DNA of 64,000 bases from Mobula hypostoma. Its lineage: Eukaryota. Under the pieces are notes generated by a model. That model did no database searches. It saw only the letters and a list, made by a program, of their open reading frames with translations, and had not been told where the DNA came from. Shown here piece by piece: positions 1-11,687 of the stretch. Position 1 is the first letter of the stretch, and each line of letters opens with the position of its first letter. The DNA is taken from the NCBI RefSeq assembly GCF_963921235.1, contig NC_086108.1, positions 45,448,001 to 45,512,000 on the forward strand, given 5' to 3'. The position numbers were made by a program, and so were the translations under genes.

Positions 1-960
1 CTTGCAGACCCCAGTCAGTTCAGATTAGCAACAACATCTCCTCATCAATCTCCATCAGCACAAGTACACCACAAGGCTGTATGCTTAACCTCCTGCTCTA
101 CTCACTTCATACCTATATCTGTGAGGCTAAGCACAGATCCAAGACCATGCTTAAGTTTGTGGATGACAGCACCATTGCTGGCCAAATCAAAGGTGGTGAA
201 GATTAGCATATAGGAGGGAAATAGAAAATCAGCCTGAGCGGTGCCACAACAACCTCTCACTCAACGTCAGCAAAACCAAAGAGCTAATTATTGACTATAG
301 GACAGGAAATCGGACATCCGTAAGCGGTGCTGGCTCGAAGGGCCGAATGGCCTACTCTGGCACCTATTGTGTATTGTCTATTGTCTAGCCCTCTCAAGGG
401 AGCAGCGGTGGGAGAGCCAGTAACTTTAAATTTCTTGGTGTATCATTTCAGAGGATTTGTTCTAGGTCCAGCACTTAAGTCCCATTACAAAGAAAGCACA
501 GCAGTGCCTCTAATTTCTTTGAAGTTTAGGAAGGTTTGGCATGTCATCTAAAACTGACAAGTTTCTATGATGCATGCTGGAAGGTATACTGACTGGTAGC
601 ATCACGGCCTGGTATGGAAACACCAATGCCCTTGAATGGAAAAGCCGACAAAAAGTAGTGAACATAGTACAGTCCAGCAAGGTAAAACCCTCCCTGCCAT
701 TGAGCACATCTACAAGGAACGCTGTTGCAGGAAAGCAGGGCTCCCACCATCCGGACCACACTCCCTTGTCACTGCTGCCATCAGGATGAAGGTACACGAG
801 CCTAAAGTCCCACTCCATCAGGATCAAAGACAGTTATTACCCCTCAACCATCCGGCTCCTGAACTAGAGTGGATAGCTTCACTCCCCTCTAACACTGAGG
901 TCCCAACTGATTCCATATCCTATGGATTCACTTTCAAGGACTCTGAAACTCCTGTTCAGT
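1..960 (+). mobile_element. Rex1/Babar-like non-LTR retrotransposon, decayed RT and C-terminal fragment
   Basis: Broken translation RPQSVQISNNISSSISISTSTPQGCMLNLLLYSL...KFVDDSTI...NLSLNVSKTKELIIDYR, and ORF 574-789 EGILTGSITAWYGN. These motifs are typical of Rex1/Babar RT and C-terminal regions. Confidence 0.8.
325..387 (+). mobile_element. Very short CR1 3' tail inserted in the Rex1 fragment
   Basis: ggctcgaagggccgaatggcctactc...acctatt followed by (tattgtc)n; matches the 3' ends of the CR1 copies at ~10050 and ~14900. Confidence 0.7.
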
Positions 961-1035
961 AGAGCTACTAGGACTTGCTGTTTCAATCCCTATGGTAAAT
1001 CAGCACTCTCGATGTTGGCAGTGGTCTTGGAGTAA

Positions 1036-1795
1036 ACACAAAATAATCTGCAGATGCTGTTGTCAAAGCAACACTCACAATGTGCTGGAGGAACTCAGCA
1101 GGTCAGTCAGCATCCGTTGAAAAGATTAATCGACATTTCGGGCCAAACCCTTCATCAGGATTGAAGGAAGAACTTTGGGGAGGGTTTGAAGAATGCTGGT
1201 AGTTGAAAAAAACAGTAATTTGAAAGACAAAGGGGTGGGGGAGGGGAAGCAGGGAGGTGATTGGCAGGAGAACAATGCGCAGTAGTAGAAGGAGGCGGAA
1301 CTATGAGGGAGGTGATGTGAAAGAGGGATAGGGGAAGGGAGGGGGAGGGAATTACCAGAAGTTGGAGAATTCTATGTTCATACCAAAGGGCTGGAGACTA
1401 CCTAGACGGTATATGAGGTGTTGCTCCTCCAACCTGAGTTTAGCCTCATCATGGCAGTAGAGGAGGCTATGTATGGACATATCTGAATGGGAATGGGAAG
1501 CAGAGTTGAAGTGGGTGGCTACTGGGAGATCCTGTCTGTTGTGGCGGAGAGAGTGGAGGTGCTCGACAAAGCGGTCCCCCAATCAGCGTCGGGTTTCACC
1601 GATGTAGAGGAGGCCGCACCGGGAGCATCGGATGCAATAGATGACCCCAACAGATTCGCAAGTGAAGTGTTGCCTCATGTGGAAGGACTGTTTGGGGCCC
1701 TGAATGGTTGCAAGAGAGGAGGTGTAGGGACAGGTGTAGCACTTACGCTTACAGGGATAAGTGCCAGGTGGGAGATTGGTGGGGATGGGGAGTGG
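1036..1795 (-). mobile_element. Penelope-like element (Neptune-type) 3' fragment: GIY-YIG endonuclease plus pLTR
   Basis: ORFs 1583-1801 and 1352-1582: CKRKCYTC linker, VIYCIRCSRCGLLYIGET (GIY-YIG), RFVEH...VATHF...EEQHLIYRLG. Closely similar to 22726-23457. Confidence 0.9.
1128..1162 (-). ncRNA. Minimal type-I hammerhead ribozyme motif in PLE pLTR
   Basis: Minus strand reads AATC CTGATGA A GGG-TTTGG-CCC GAAA TGTC GATT: catalytic boxes CUGAUGA and GAAA, stem I AAUC/GAUU, stem II GGG/CCC, GUC cleavage triplet. Confidence 0.8.
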
Positions 1796-1974
1796 TGACA
1801 AGGAGGGAGGATCATCATTAGGGTCATCAGGTGGGCACCCTCCTTCTTTGACGTTTCATTGATAAGCCCACAACGTCTCCAGAGGGCTCAACGGTGCTAC
1901 CTGGCGTCCCAGATACACCCCCCTCAGTTCCATACCCTCCTGTCTTCATTATTGCTTCTTAATCTATTTTCATT

Positions 1975-2150
1975 TTGTACTTGCATAATTAGTTGTCTTT
2001 TGCACATTGGTTGTTTGTCTGTCTTTGTAGCTTTTCATTCTGTTGTGTTTCTGTGTTTATTGTGAATGCTTGCAAAACGGGAATCTTGGACTTGCACATG
2101 ATGACATGTACTGTATGCATTTTGATAATGAATTTACTTTGAACTTTGAA
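1975..2150 (+). mobile_element. LINE-derived 3' tail fragment (Rex1-like or non-autonomous)
   Basis: Ends ...gataatgaatttactttgaactttga; a similar copy lies at ~55430-55620. Confidence 0.5.
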
Positions 2151-2424
2151 GTGCAGGTGTCGTATTTTAGCAAATTATACCAGGGTAGGAATGGTGGGAC
2201 CCTTGGGAGTGTTATGGAACAGAGGGATATATGAGTAGAAGTACCTAGTTTGCTGAAAGCAGTGTGTAACACCAGTGCAGTGCTTGTCATATTTCGTGTA
2301 ACTGGTCGCCATACACTTTATGAGAAAATCAAATTACGTAGTACTATACCAGATGCTAGTGGGCCATCAAAAGCTCTAGGTATCGAAAAGAGGTAGTGAA
2401 TAGAAAAGGCACACTTCTGGAGGT

Positions 2425-3379
2425 AAATTTTATTTATTAAAAAGAAGCAATATATACAAAATATTTACATGAGTAAGAACAATTCAAAATTCCAACATTC
2501 TGTCTTAGGTTCTAAATCTCAGATATCACCGAAAACCAAATTCCTTTCTAGATAGAATCAGTGATATTCATTAGAATAAGGTTTATTACTCAAACTTCTC
2601 TAACTAATTAGATCAAGTGTTATTCCCTATTTAAATGTTTATAGATTTTATTTATCCCTAGTTAATGAGGAAACTAATTGAATTCCTATTTTTAAGTATT
2701 ATGGTTAACCTCAGTTTCAGTTCAGGTCAGTATGTCTACAAATTCAAACTCAATCCCACCCCTCAAAAAAACATACAGCTTAACTCCTTTCACCACAATT
2801 CTCCAACATCCCAGCTTTTAAACAAAGTAAATCTTATTCAGTAACTTATCAAAGTCTATGCAAAAATAATCAGTTCTTTCAGAAAATCAAATTCAAATGC
2901 TTTGAATGAGAAATGAAGTTCTGCATCCAAACGTATTAAATCCTCTACGTCATTAAACATTTTGTTCCCGCACCGTTTCTTCAATCCTGGCTGGCTCACC
3001 ATCTTGTTTCTTGGTTCGTTGGATGAAATGGTTGATCATCCACAGAAAGTCGATTCACGAAACTTACACAACAAAAAAAACTGATCTATATGCAACAGGA
3101 TTACAATCTGTAAGTTCTTATACGCATTCTATTTTCTATTGTAAAATAACTCAATATCACACTGTCATTTTCAAACATCTCTCCGTTACAACATTACCGA
3201 ACACTCAAATTAGAACAGTAGAAGTGTTTTGACTCCCCAGATCCCTTGGTATGATTTAACAGAACTAATTCCCGGCTCCACAGTACAGATCTTGGACACT
3301 GCTCTCTGCTGGTGTTCATTATAGCCGTAGCTTCAATAAATCTTTTTTCGATATTGTCTCTCCTCCAGGCGGGCTTATA
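2425..3379 (-). other. Candidate terminal exon / 3' UTR of a minus-strand transcript
   Basis: Acceptor ...ctctaccctatttattggaaattctcag|TAT, open frame YKPAWRRDNIEKRF...SVR* to 3194. Non-repetitive and relatively CpG-rich, with a minus-strand AATAAATAAA near 2430 after an AU-rich tract. Confidence 0.35.
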
Positions 3380-3599
3380 CTGAGAATTTCCAATAAATAG
3401 GGTAGAGATACTAACTACTAATTCCACTTTTAACAGTTTATATCTCTAGTTCGTTTCTATAGCTGGCTGCGTTTCTGTCGCTTCCCACACCTGCGTCAGC
3501 CACACTTGACTCTCACATTGCTTTTTTTTCCATGTTCTCTTTTTTAAAATTCAGTAAACCTAGTTTTCATCCCTTCACAGGTAGAGCTTTCTAACATTA

Positions 3600-4275
3600 C
3601 ATCTTTGGGTTTAATTAACCTGGGTTACAAGAGGCACAGTTAGACAGTGTGGTGAAGAAGATTTTTAGCACGGTGACGATCATCAAAAAGGAGATTGAGT
3701 ATCGGAGCTGGGACATTATGTTGTATTTGCATAACATTGGTGAGACCACACCTGGAGTATTATTTATAGGTTTGGTTGCCCAAGTTAGGAAAAACATAAT
3801 TGAACTAGGAATAGTGCAGAGCAGATTTACAATGATGCTGCCAGAACTCAAGAACCTGTATCATAGGAAGAAATTACAATTCCTTGTAACAAATTAGACT
3901 GAGAGGTGACTTTATAGAACTGTATAAAATCATGAGGGGTATGGATAGGATGAATACATATAGTCTTTTCCCATGTTAGGGGAGCTTAAAAACTAATGTA
4001 GGTTTGAGGTAAGAGGGGAAATACCTAAAAGGAAATGGAGGGGCAAGTTCTTCACACAGTTGGTGATGTGTATATGGAATGACTGCCAGATAAAGTGGTT
4101 GAGGCAGGTCGAATGACAACACTTAAAGACATTTGGATAAGTACATGGATAGGAATGTTCTAGAAGAATATGGGTCAAATGCAGGCAAATGGAATAGGCT
4201 TGGTTGGCATCATGGTTAGCATGGATGAGTTGGGCTGAAGGACCTGTGTCTTATGCTGTGTTACTCTGTGATCCT
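3600..4275 (+). mobile_element. Old CR1 LINE 3' fragment
   Basis: IEYRSWDIMLYL...VQSRFTMMLPEL and CR1-type 3' UTR (gggctgaaggacctgtgtc...gctgtg). Confidence 0.8.
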
Positions 4276-6317
4276 ATAGGCTCCATTATTATAATGAATC
4301 TAGCAGTGAACGGAAAACTGGAACAAGGCAAAAGTCAGCCTGGAAAGATTCTGAGGTTATGAAATCTGAGCCTGAGTCTGACAGTAATTCCCATGGGCAA
4401 AGTAGCCAGGGCACAACTGAAGTTGCATTGAAGTCAGCCAAGGTCAGAGATCTCACTGAGGACAAAGAGAGCAGCTTGAGTGTTAGTCTCACAAGTAGTA
4501 TTGTTTCACAGATTACTCGGTTGGGATCACCTGGTTGTTCGGTATATAAATTGAACCGGTTGAGATTGAAAATCTCACTGCAGATTGATTTTGTATGTTG
4601 CACAACATTTGGAGGAGTATTGTGCTAGGACAAAAAAAATGCAGTAGCGGAAGTATAGAGACATGCAGAAATATTTGCAAAATTTCTCTGTTGCAGGTTT
4701 TTAATTGCCATTTCTTTTTCAATATTATCAATAAATTTCCAGTTCTCGATATCAAGGTTACTAAATAAATTCAGCTTTCCCAAGTCAGCCAAAGAAATAT
4801 AATTGTGCACAGGGTGCCAAAATTCTATAATCTATATCGTCCTGATTATAAATAAATGATATTATTGATAGGATTATGTAAGTGTCAGATGAGAATATTT
4901 TCAGGCTCAGTCAATGGTGTGATTTAATCATCATCCTTAATTCTTCATAAAGGGCTAATTAGCTGCAATACCAATAGGTAGCTCTTGCTCATAAAACAAA
5001 CTTCTCTGAGTATCACCACCTCCAAAGCAGAAGTGTAGAGGCAAAATGGAATTTCTAAAACACCTTTCTCAATCTAAAGAAATCCAAAGATGCTTCACAG
5101 CCAAATAAATCCTTTCAGAAAATTTAATAAAAATCAACACTTTCTGTGGAAGAGAGAAATTTGAAACGATATATAATCTGAGAGTTTAGATAATAGCAGT
5201 GTAACACCATAACATCTCTTTTAATTGATGTAGGGATCCATTTATTTAAAATAACCTAGCAACTACTAAAGTAGTGGAGAGAAGAATATTATGCAAAAGT
5301 TGAGTTTGTCTATTGGTATTTTATTTATTCTCTTATTATTTGCTGAAATAATGTGTTTGGTGACAGCAATAATTTTGAGGTCTAACAATTGTGAATGGAA
5401 GAAACATTATTTCATGCTAATTCTGAGAGAATTCAGGTTTATTTAAATCACTGACGGTGGAGCGACCTAATATTGCTGTCAACTGTTTGTTGCGAAATGA
5501 GAAGTCCTAAATATGTCTAGACACTGATGGAGAAAGCCTACCTTTCACTCATCCATGCTAATGTTTCATCTAAGAAGCTTGTTTACCTCCTTTCAAGCCG
5601 AAGACTGACATAACAAACTACCTCTTTAAGAAAAGTAATCCTGTTTGCTCTGTTTTATCACTGGTCAATGATATGCCTGAAATTCAGCACCTTCAATTAG
5701 TAAGATGTCATGGTGAAGATTAATTGTTCTTTTAGATTACATCCTTTTTAGGATATTAAGGCTATAATTCTCTCAATGTTGAAGAATAGTTATTATCCAT
5801 TGGATAATAATTGGTTTTGAAAGTGAGATCTTTAAAGGGCTATTGTCAAGATCTGTTTTGGCCAGAATAGAAAAAGTGCTGGTAAAAAATTGATGCATTT
5901 TGTCTTTCAACAACAAAATATATTTCTATGCAAAATATTATTGATTATTATTAATTATCTTAATTGTTGGAACAATAAAATTGATGGGATGAAATTTGGG
6001 TCAGGATTATGATGACAGTACAACTGCAGTAGCGTGTCGTATGTGGAAAATATTTCCATATCTGGGAAGCAATGCGAGCTACAGTGATTACTCGGTAAAA
6101 TCTGTGCAAGTGTTGGTAGATTGTTATGCAGCATTTGGCCCTACACCACACAGATTGCAGAAACATACAGAGCTGAAGAAGGCAGGGCTGTAGCAGCCTG
6201 TCTCGGAGATGAAGATTTAGTAATTATGACAGTCAAATTAACAGCCTTGTGACAGATGACACCAAAGGATGACTGGTAGAAGAGGATGGCAGGAAATGGC
6301 TGAAGAACACAACCATC

Positions 6318-6605
6318 TGGGTGCTACAATAGTGTAGTGATTAGCACGACACGATTACAACTTGGGCAGTTGGAGTTCAGAGTTCGATCCCGGCGTCCTC
6401 TGTAAGGAGTTTCTGTATATCTTCCCAGTTCCTCCAGTTTCCTCCAATACTCCAAAGGGTGGGTTAATTGTTCATTCTAAGTTGTTCCCTGATTAGATTA
6501 GTGTTAAATAGGGGTTGTCACTAGTTACTGGGTTAGTACGGCCAGAAGGGCCAGAGGGACTTATTGCGTGCTGTATCTCTAAATAAAGAAATAAAATAAA
6601 TAAAT
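6318..6605 (+). mobile_element. tRNA-derived V-SINE (HE1-like)
   Basis: A-box-like tagtgtagtgattag, B-box gagttcgatccc, V-domain-like ctccagtttcctccaatactccaaag, CR1-like tail and (taaa)n. Related copy at 45450-45690. Confidence 0.7.
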
Positions 6606-6700
6606 TTATTTCCACAAATGACATCATAAGAATAACAAAGTAATATAGAAAAAGATTGAATAGAGTGCATAAACACACACGCACATGCCACAAATGGTCC

Positions 6701-6914
6701 TGTGGGGTAACGTAATTGGGAGAAATGTACATATTTCACAACCACCAGCATTGAGTCAGGGTTTCGCTTTAAGGGGCTGGGTTGACGTGATGACGTTATG
6801 ACATAAAAGGTTTTTAGCTCGCTTTTGTTGTGTAGGTTTTGGAGTTCAATAAAGTGTGTTACGGACTTCGTTAAACATAAGACATCTCACTTTGTTTTGT
6901 TTGTGGAGACCTAC
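6701..6914 (+). repeat. Gypsy 5' LTR
   Basis: TG...CA ends (tgtgggg...cctaca), internal AATAAA near 6848, directly followed by a PBS. Confidence 0.75.
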
Positions 6915-6915
6915 A

Positions 6916-6929
6916 TTGGTGACCCCAAT
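6916..6929 (+). promoter_or_regulatory. Primer-binding site, tRNA-Trp type
   Basis: TGGTGACCCC(AATG) matches the first 10 nt of the canonical tRNA-Trp PBS TGGTGACCCCGACGTGAT. Confidence 0.7.
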
Positions 6930-7074
6930 GCTCTGGGACGATTCTGGAGTTATTGAACGTGTTGGCCAATGCAGTCGCTTTGAAACTGCTGGAGCTCTGG
7001 GAGGAAAATGCTGTTGCTTGGTTTGTACAGGGTGAGGCCCAGTTTGCCCTGCGAGAAATCTCCGTCAACAACAC

Positions 7075-7340
7075 CAGATCACCTCCCTCTGATGCTCCTC
7101 CCCCCATTTTTTTCTTCCATGATCTTCTGTCCCTTTCACCAATCAACTTCCCAGTTCTTTAATTCATCTCTCCCCCTTTTTTTTCAGCTATCACCTTGTG
7201 CTCCAGTCCTGCTGAAGGGTTTGAGCCCAAAATGTTGACTGTACTCTTTTCCATAGCTGCTGCCTGGCCTCTTCAGTTTCTCTGGCATTTTGTGTGTGTA
7301 GTTCGGATTTCCAGCATCTGCAGATTTTCTGTTGTTTGTG
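7075..7340 (+). mobile_element. PLE pLTR fragment with degenerate hammerhead, inserted in Gypsy gag
   Basis: cagtc ctgctga agggtttgagccc aaaa tgtt gactg at ~7205-7242, then ...ttccagcatctgcagatttt. Confidence 0.75.
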
Positions 7341-7515
7341 ACCAGATATTTCTACATGGTAGCTCAGTAATTCCATGGCTGCAGGAGTGGTGAGTTTACC
7401 AGAACACTCACCTGAACTTGATAAATACCGATTGCTGAAAACTTTCCTTTTACAGACTTTTGAACTATTGGAGTTCGAGCACACCTTGCCCGGCCTCGGC
7501 GATGGTAAGCCTTCA

Positions 7516-8142
7516 CAGACATCCCACTCTGGAAAAACTCATTTCAGGGAGGTAGCATCATCAATTTGCGGGAGACTTCCGGGAGAGGTGGGATGTCTGT
7601 AATAGAGTAGCTCCTTAGCAGCTGGCCAGCTAGTTTAAATAATGTTAGCTATGCTAATAAACGAATGACACCTGTTAAACTCACCTCAACATGTCTTTTA
7701 CAGTCTTAACCCACCATGGGCAATAGAAAAGTCACTGTTGCAAACAGTGCAACGAGCAATACTGTCATTATTTTGACCCCTATTAGGCAGGGGTACACTT
7801 TAGTGTAGTCTGGGGTGACGTACGTTTTATATTTTTTTTGGAACACTCTGCCATGGTGTGCTCTTGCTCGCGCACGCTCTCTCTCTCTCTCGTGGTTGCT
7901 CGCACGCTCTCAAGCGCTCTCACTTTCTTTCTCTCTCGCTCGCACGCTCCCTTGTCTTCGCTCTTGCTCTCTCTGTCGCGCGTGCTCTCTCTGGTGGTCG
8001 CTCTCGCGCTCTCTCTTGCTTTTCTCTCGCTCGCTCTCAAAAAAATTGATTTCCGTGACATTGTATATAATTTGCGGGCATCAGGGAGCCACTATTAATA
8101 TGCGGGAGACTCCTGGAAGTTCCGGGAGAGGTGAGATGTCTG
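7516..8142. mobile_element. Non-autonomous DNA transposon (MITE) with 12-bp TIRs and 6-bp TSD
   Basis: TSD CCTTCA at 7510-7515 and 8143-8148; TIRs CAGACATCCCAC / GTGAGATGTCTG. Removing it rejoins gag as GKPS-ELMDHML. Internal CT/CG microsatellite at 7860-8040. Confidence 0.85.
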
Positions 8143-9629
8143 CCTTCAGAGCTAATGGACCACATGCTGTCTCTCCTGGGGAAATCACTATCCTTGTTTT
8201 ATTTTTAAAGGACACTTCATGCAGCAAATGCCTGATCCAGTTTGCGTAGCCCTTGCTAGTGCACCCGTGAAGGACTATAGGGAGCTTGCTAAAATGATTG
8301 ATAGTCTACAGTCAGCCAGGCATCAGACATCATTCCTCCTCCTTTTTCTAACTCAATAAGCCGTGTCAGCAAGGCCCCCAACGTGCCTGTGAAATGGATG
8401 ACGCCGGACCTGTGCTTTTACCATACTCGCTTTGGTAGGAACGTGAGGAAATGCCAACCGCCTTGCAGCTTCGACAGCACATGTGCATTGGGACATCAGA
8501 GGTCTGTGAACGCAACGGGTTCCAGCTGCCAGGGTCGCCTACTGCTCATCACAGACACCCTCTCAGGGCAACGTTTCCTGTGTGACACAGGTGCTCAAGT
8601 GAGCGTGCTGCCAGCATTGCCTATTGATGAGAAGGCAAAGAGCGATGAAACCTGGCTGGAGGCTGCCAACTGAAGCTCAAGCCAGACCTATGGGATACGA
8701 TGGATGACACTCTGTTTCAGTGGGCGACGTTATACACGGGACTTTGTCCTGACTAAAGAGGCTGGAACTCTGCTCGCTGCAGATTTCCTCTGTCCCCAAG
8801 GACCATTAGTCGATCTTAAGAACTGCTGGCTTGTGGATATCAAGGAGTCTGTTCCTTCAGTAAGTTCCCCTCAACGACTCTGTCAGGTGTATGCACCACC
8901 GAATGAGAGTTCACTCAATGCTGGGAGAATTCCCAGTCCTCACCAAGCCCACATTCTCCATCACAGTCGCAAAACATGGGATTGAGCACCACACTCCCAC
9001 AACTGGCCCGTCAGTCCGTGCCCGCGCGCATAGACCGGACCCAGAAAAGCTGGCAACTGCGAAGGCTGAGTTTGCCAGCATGGAAAGACTTGGAATTATA
9101 TGGCGATCGAGTAGCCCCTGAGTTTTACCCCTCAATAGGGTTCCGAAGTCCGATGGTGTTTGTCGCCCATGTGGTCGTTACTGACACCTTAATGAGGCCA
9201 CCACCCGCAATCACCCGGTCCCACATATTCAAGACTTTTTGGCAGGTTTAACGTATAAGTTGATTTTTTGCAAAGTCGATCTAGTTAGGGGCTACCAGCA
9301 AGTGCCTGTGTGCTTGGTGGACATAACCAAAACAGCCGTGATAACCATGTTTGACCTTTTTTGAGTTTCTGCGCATGCCGTTGAGGCCACACACACAGGG
9401 GCTGATTATATCGGCATGGTAGATGACCATGTTACTGACCCAGAGGTCCAGGCTTACTGATCAGCAGTCACGGGCCTGTGGTAAGTTCAGGAAAGCTGCT
9501 GCATGTCTTCTGTGCGATGTCTCAACTGGTCACCTTCACCCCATTGAATCCTCCAACTAGAGACAGACTGGTTTTGACTCTCGCATCCAGGCCAGAAGGC
9601 CTCACAGAAACTGTTTGCACTAAAGTTTG

Positions 9630-10099
9630 TCTGGGATGGCAGGACTTTCATATGATGAAAGACTGGATGAACTAGGCTTATACTCGTTGGAATTTAGAAG
9701 ATTGATGGGGGATCTGATGGAAACATATAAAATCTTCAAGGGATTGGACAGGCTAGATGCAGGAAGATTGTTCCCGATGTTGGGGAAGTCCAGAACGAGG
9801 GGTCACAGTTTGAGGATAAAGGGGAAGCCTTTTAGGACCGAGATTAGGAAAAACTTCTTCACACAGAGAGTGGTGAGTCTGTGGAATCCTCTGCCACAGG
9901 AAACAGTTGAGGCCAGTTCATTGGCTATATTTAAGAGGGAGTTAGATATGGCCCTTGTGGCTAAAGGGATCGGGGGTATGGAGGGAAGGCTGGTGCAGGG
10001 TTCTGAGTTGGATGATCAGCCGTAATCATACTGAATGGCGGTGCAGGCTCGAAGGGCCAAATGGCCTACTCCTGCACCTATTTTCTATGTTTCTATGTT
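9630..10099 (+). mobile_element. Young CR1 3' fragment inserted in Gypsy integrase
   Basis: GLSYDERLDELGLYSLEFRRL...FFTQRVV and a (tttctatg)n tail; nearly identical to the 3' ends of the 12841 and 34128 copies. Confidence 0.92.
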
Positions 10100-10558
10100 T
10101 AAAGGACTGCATGATTGAACTGCAGCCTGTGTGCGGTGCCAGCGGGTAAAAATTAACCATCATATCCAGGCGCCATTGGCACCTTCTGAGGTCCCTGAGT
10201 GATGGCTTGACCATGTCAATGTGGATCTTGTTGGTCCTTTTCCCCACCCCCCCCACCCAAGGTTCCAAACACCTCCTTACCACAGTAGACCATACCACCA
10301 GGTGGCCAGAGGTTGTCATTTGTAATGTATTTGGTTGTAACCTCTTTGGTTACAATCTATTTTGGTCACACGATCTATTTTGGAACCTAATAAGAATCTG
10401 TTGTACAATCTATTTGGCTGTAATCTGTTCAGTTGCTGGATTGATCTGTGTTTAATGAATCAACCAATTCGTTTGTGATCTGGTTGGTTGCTGGATCAAT
10501 CTATACGGTTACAATTTATGAATATTTTGAGATCATAGTCAAAGTGATAAAATGAATG

Positions 10559-11240
10559 TTAGATTAGATTAGATTATGAGGACACTCAGTCCTTGTTTAT
10601 TGTCATTTAGTAATGCAAGCATTAAAAATGATACAATGTTCCTCCAGTATGATATTCCATAAACAGAAGACAGACCAAGACTAAAACTGACAAAAACCAC
10701 ATAATTATAACATATAGTTACAACAGTGCAAAGCAACACTGTAATTTGATAAGAGCAGACCATGGGCACAGTAAAAAAAAGTCTCAAAGTCCCGACAGCC
10801 CATTATCTCACACAGACGGTAGAAGGAAGAAAACTCTCCCTGCCATGAGCTTCCAGTGCCGCAAACTTGCTGATGTAGCATCCTGGAAGCACCCGACCAC
10901 AGTCTGACTCTGAGTCCGTCCAAAAACTTCGAGCCTCCGACCAGCCCTCTGACACCGAGCACCGAGGGCCATCTCTGTCAAGCGCTTTGATCCCGTCCCG
11001 GCCGCCAAGCAACAGGCAAAGCTGAGGATTTGGGGCCTTCCCCTCCGGAGATTCCGGATCACACAGTAGCAGCAGCAGTGAAGCAGGCATTTCTGAAGTT
11101 TCTCCAGATGTTCCTCTGTGCTCTCACGTCTGTCTCCATCAAATCAGGATTGTGCACGGCACCCTACTTGACAGATTACAGATATTCATCACCGGAGAGG
11201 ACGCACGTGCTGCGTCATGCCGCCATCTTCTCCTCCTCCC
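10559..11240 (-). mobile_element. Non-autonomous LINE-derived element
   Basis: Minus strand starts gggaggaggagaagatggcggc (AAGATGGCG internal-promoter-like start) and ends in a (aatct)n tail; no coding similarity recognised. Confidence 0.6.
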
Positions 11241-11687
11241 GAATATACAAATTAAGATTGAAACAAAACAATGGCCAATATCATGAAATGTACACAGAGC
11301 TCTTATTTGAATAAAACACCTTAGTTTGATAAAATTAATGAAAAGATCTGAATAAAAAATACTAACAATATTAAGATCCAGGAAATGCCTATGGGAAAGG
11401 AAATGGCTGCTACTGACTTAGTAGGAATAAGACTACGTGGTCAGTTTGATCAAAAGTATGAGCGAATGAGAGAGTTAATGAGTTGACCAAATACTTCTAT
11501 TAATTGAAAGAAACGTGAAAAATTATAAACTACAAGAACAGCATGATAAAGATACTAAAAAGTTTAAAGAGCAAGTATTTACAATTACCAAATGAGTAAA
11601 AGAACAACATGGAAATTCAATTGAACTGCATTGTCCAGCGCTCAGAAACAAACTAAAACAAAATGGAAAAGTGCAGCTGCAACTTCA

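Larger units (their letters stand above)
6701..10320 (+). mobile_element. Decayed Gypsy LTR retrotransposon (gag-pro-RT-IN fragments), 3' end missing
   Basis: Gag ALKLLELWEENAVAWFVQGEAQF...LGDGKPSELMDHML; knuckle CFYHTRFGRNVRKCQPPC; protease FLCDTGAQVSVLP; RT start HGIEHHTPTTGPSV...EFASMERLGII; IN LLTTVDHTTRWPEV. Many stops, and an apparent deletion of late RT/RNase H near 9385. Confidence 0.9.

Noticed and set aside
7783..8249. ORFs rich in R/E or S/L
   Set aside because: Translations of the CT/CG microsatellite inside the MITE.
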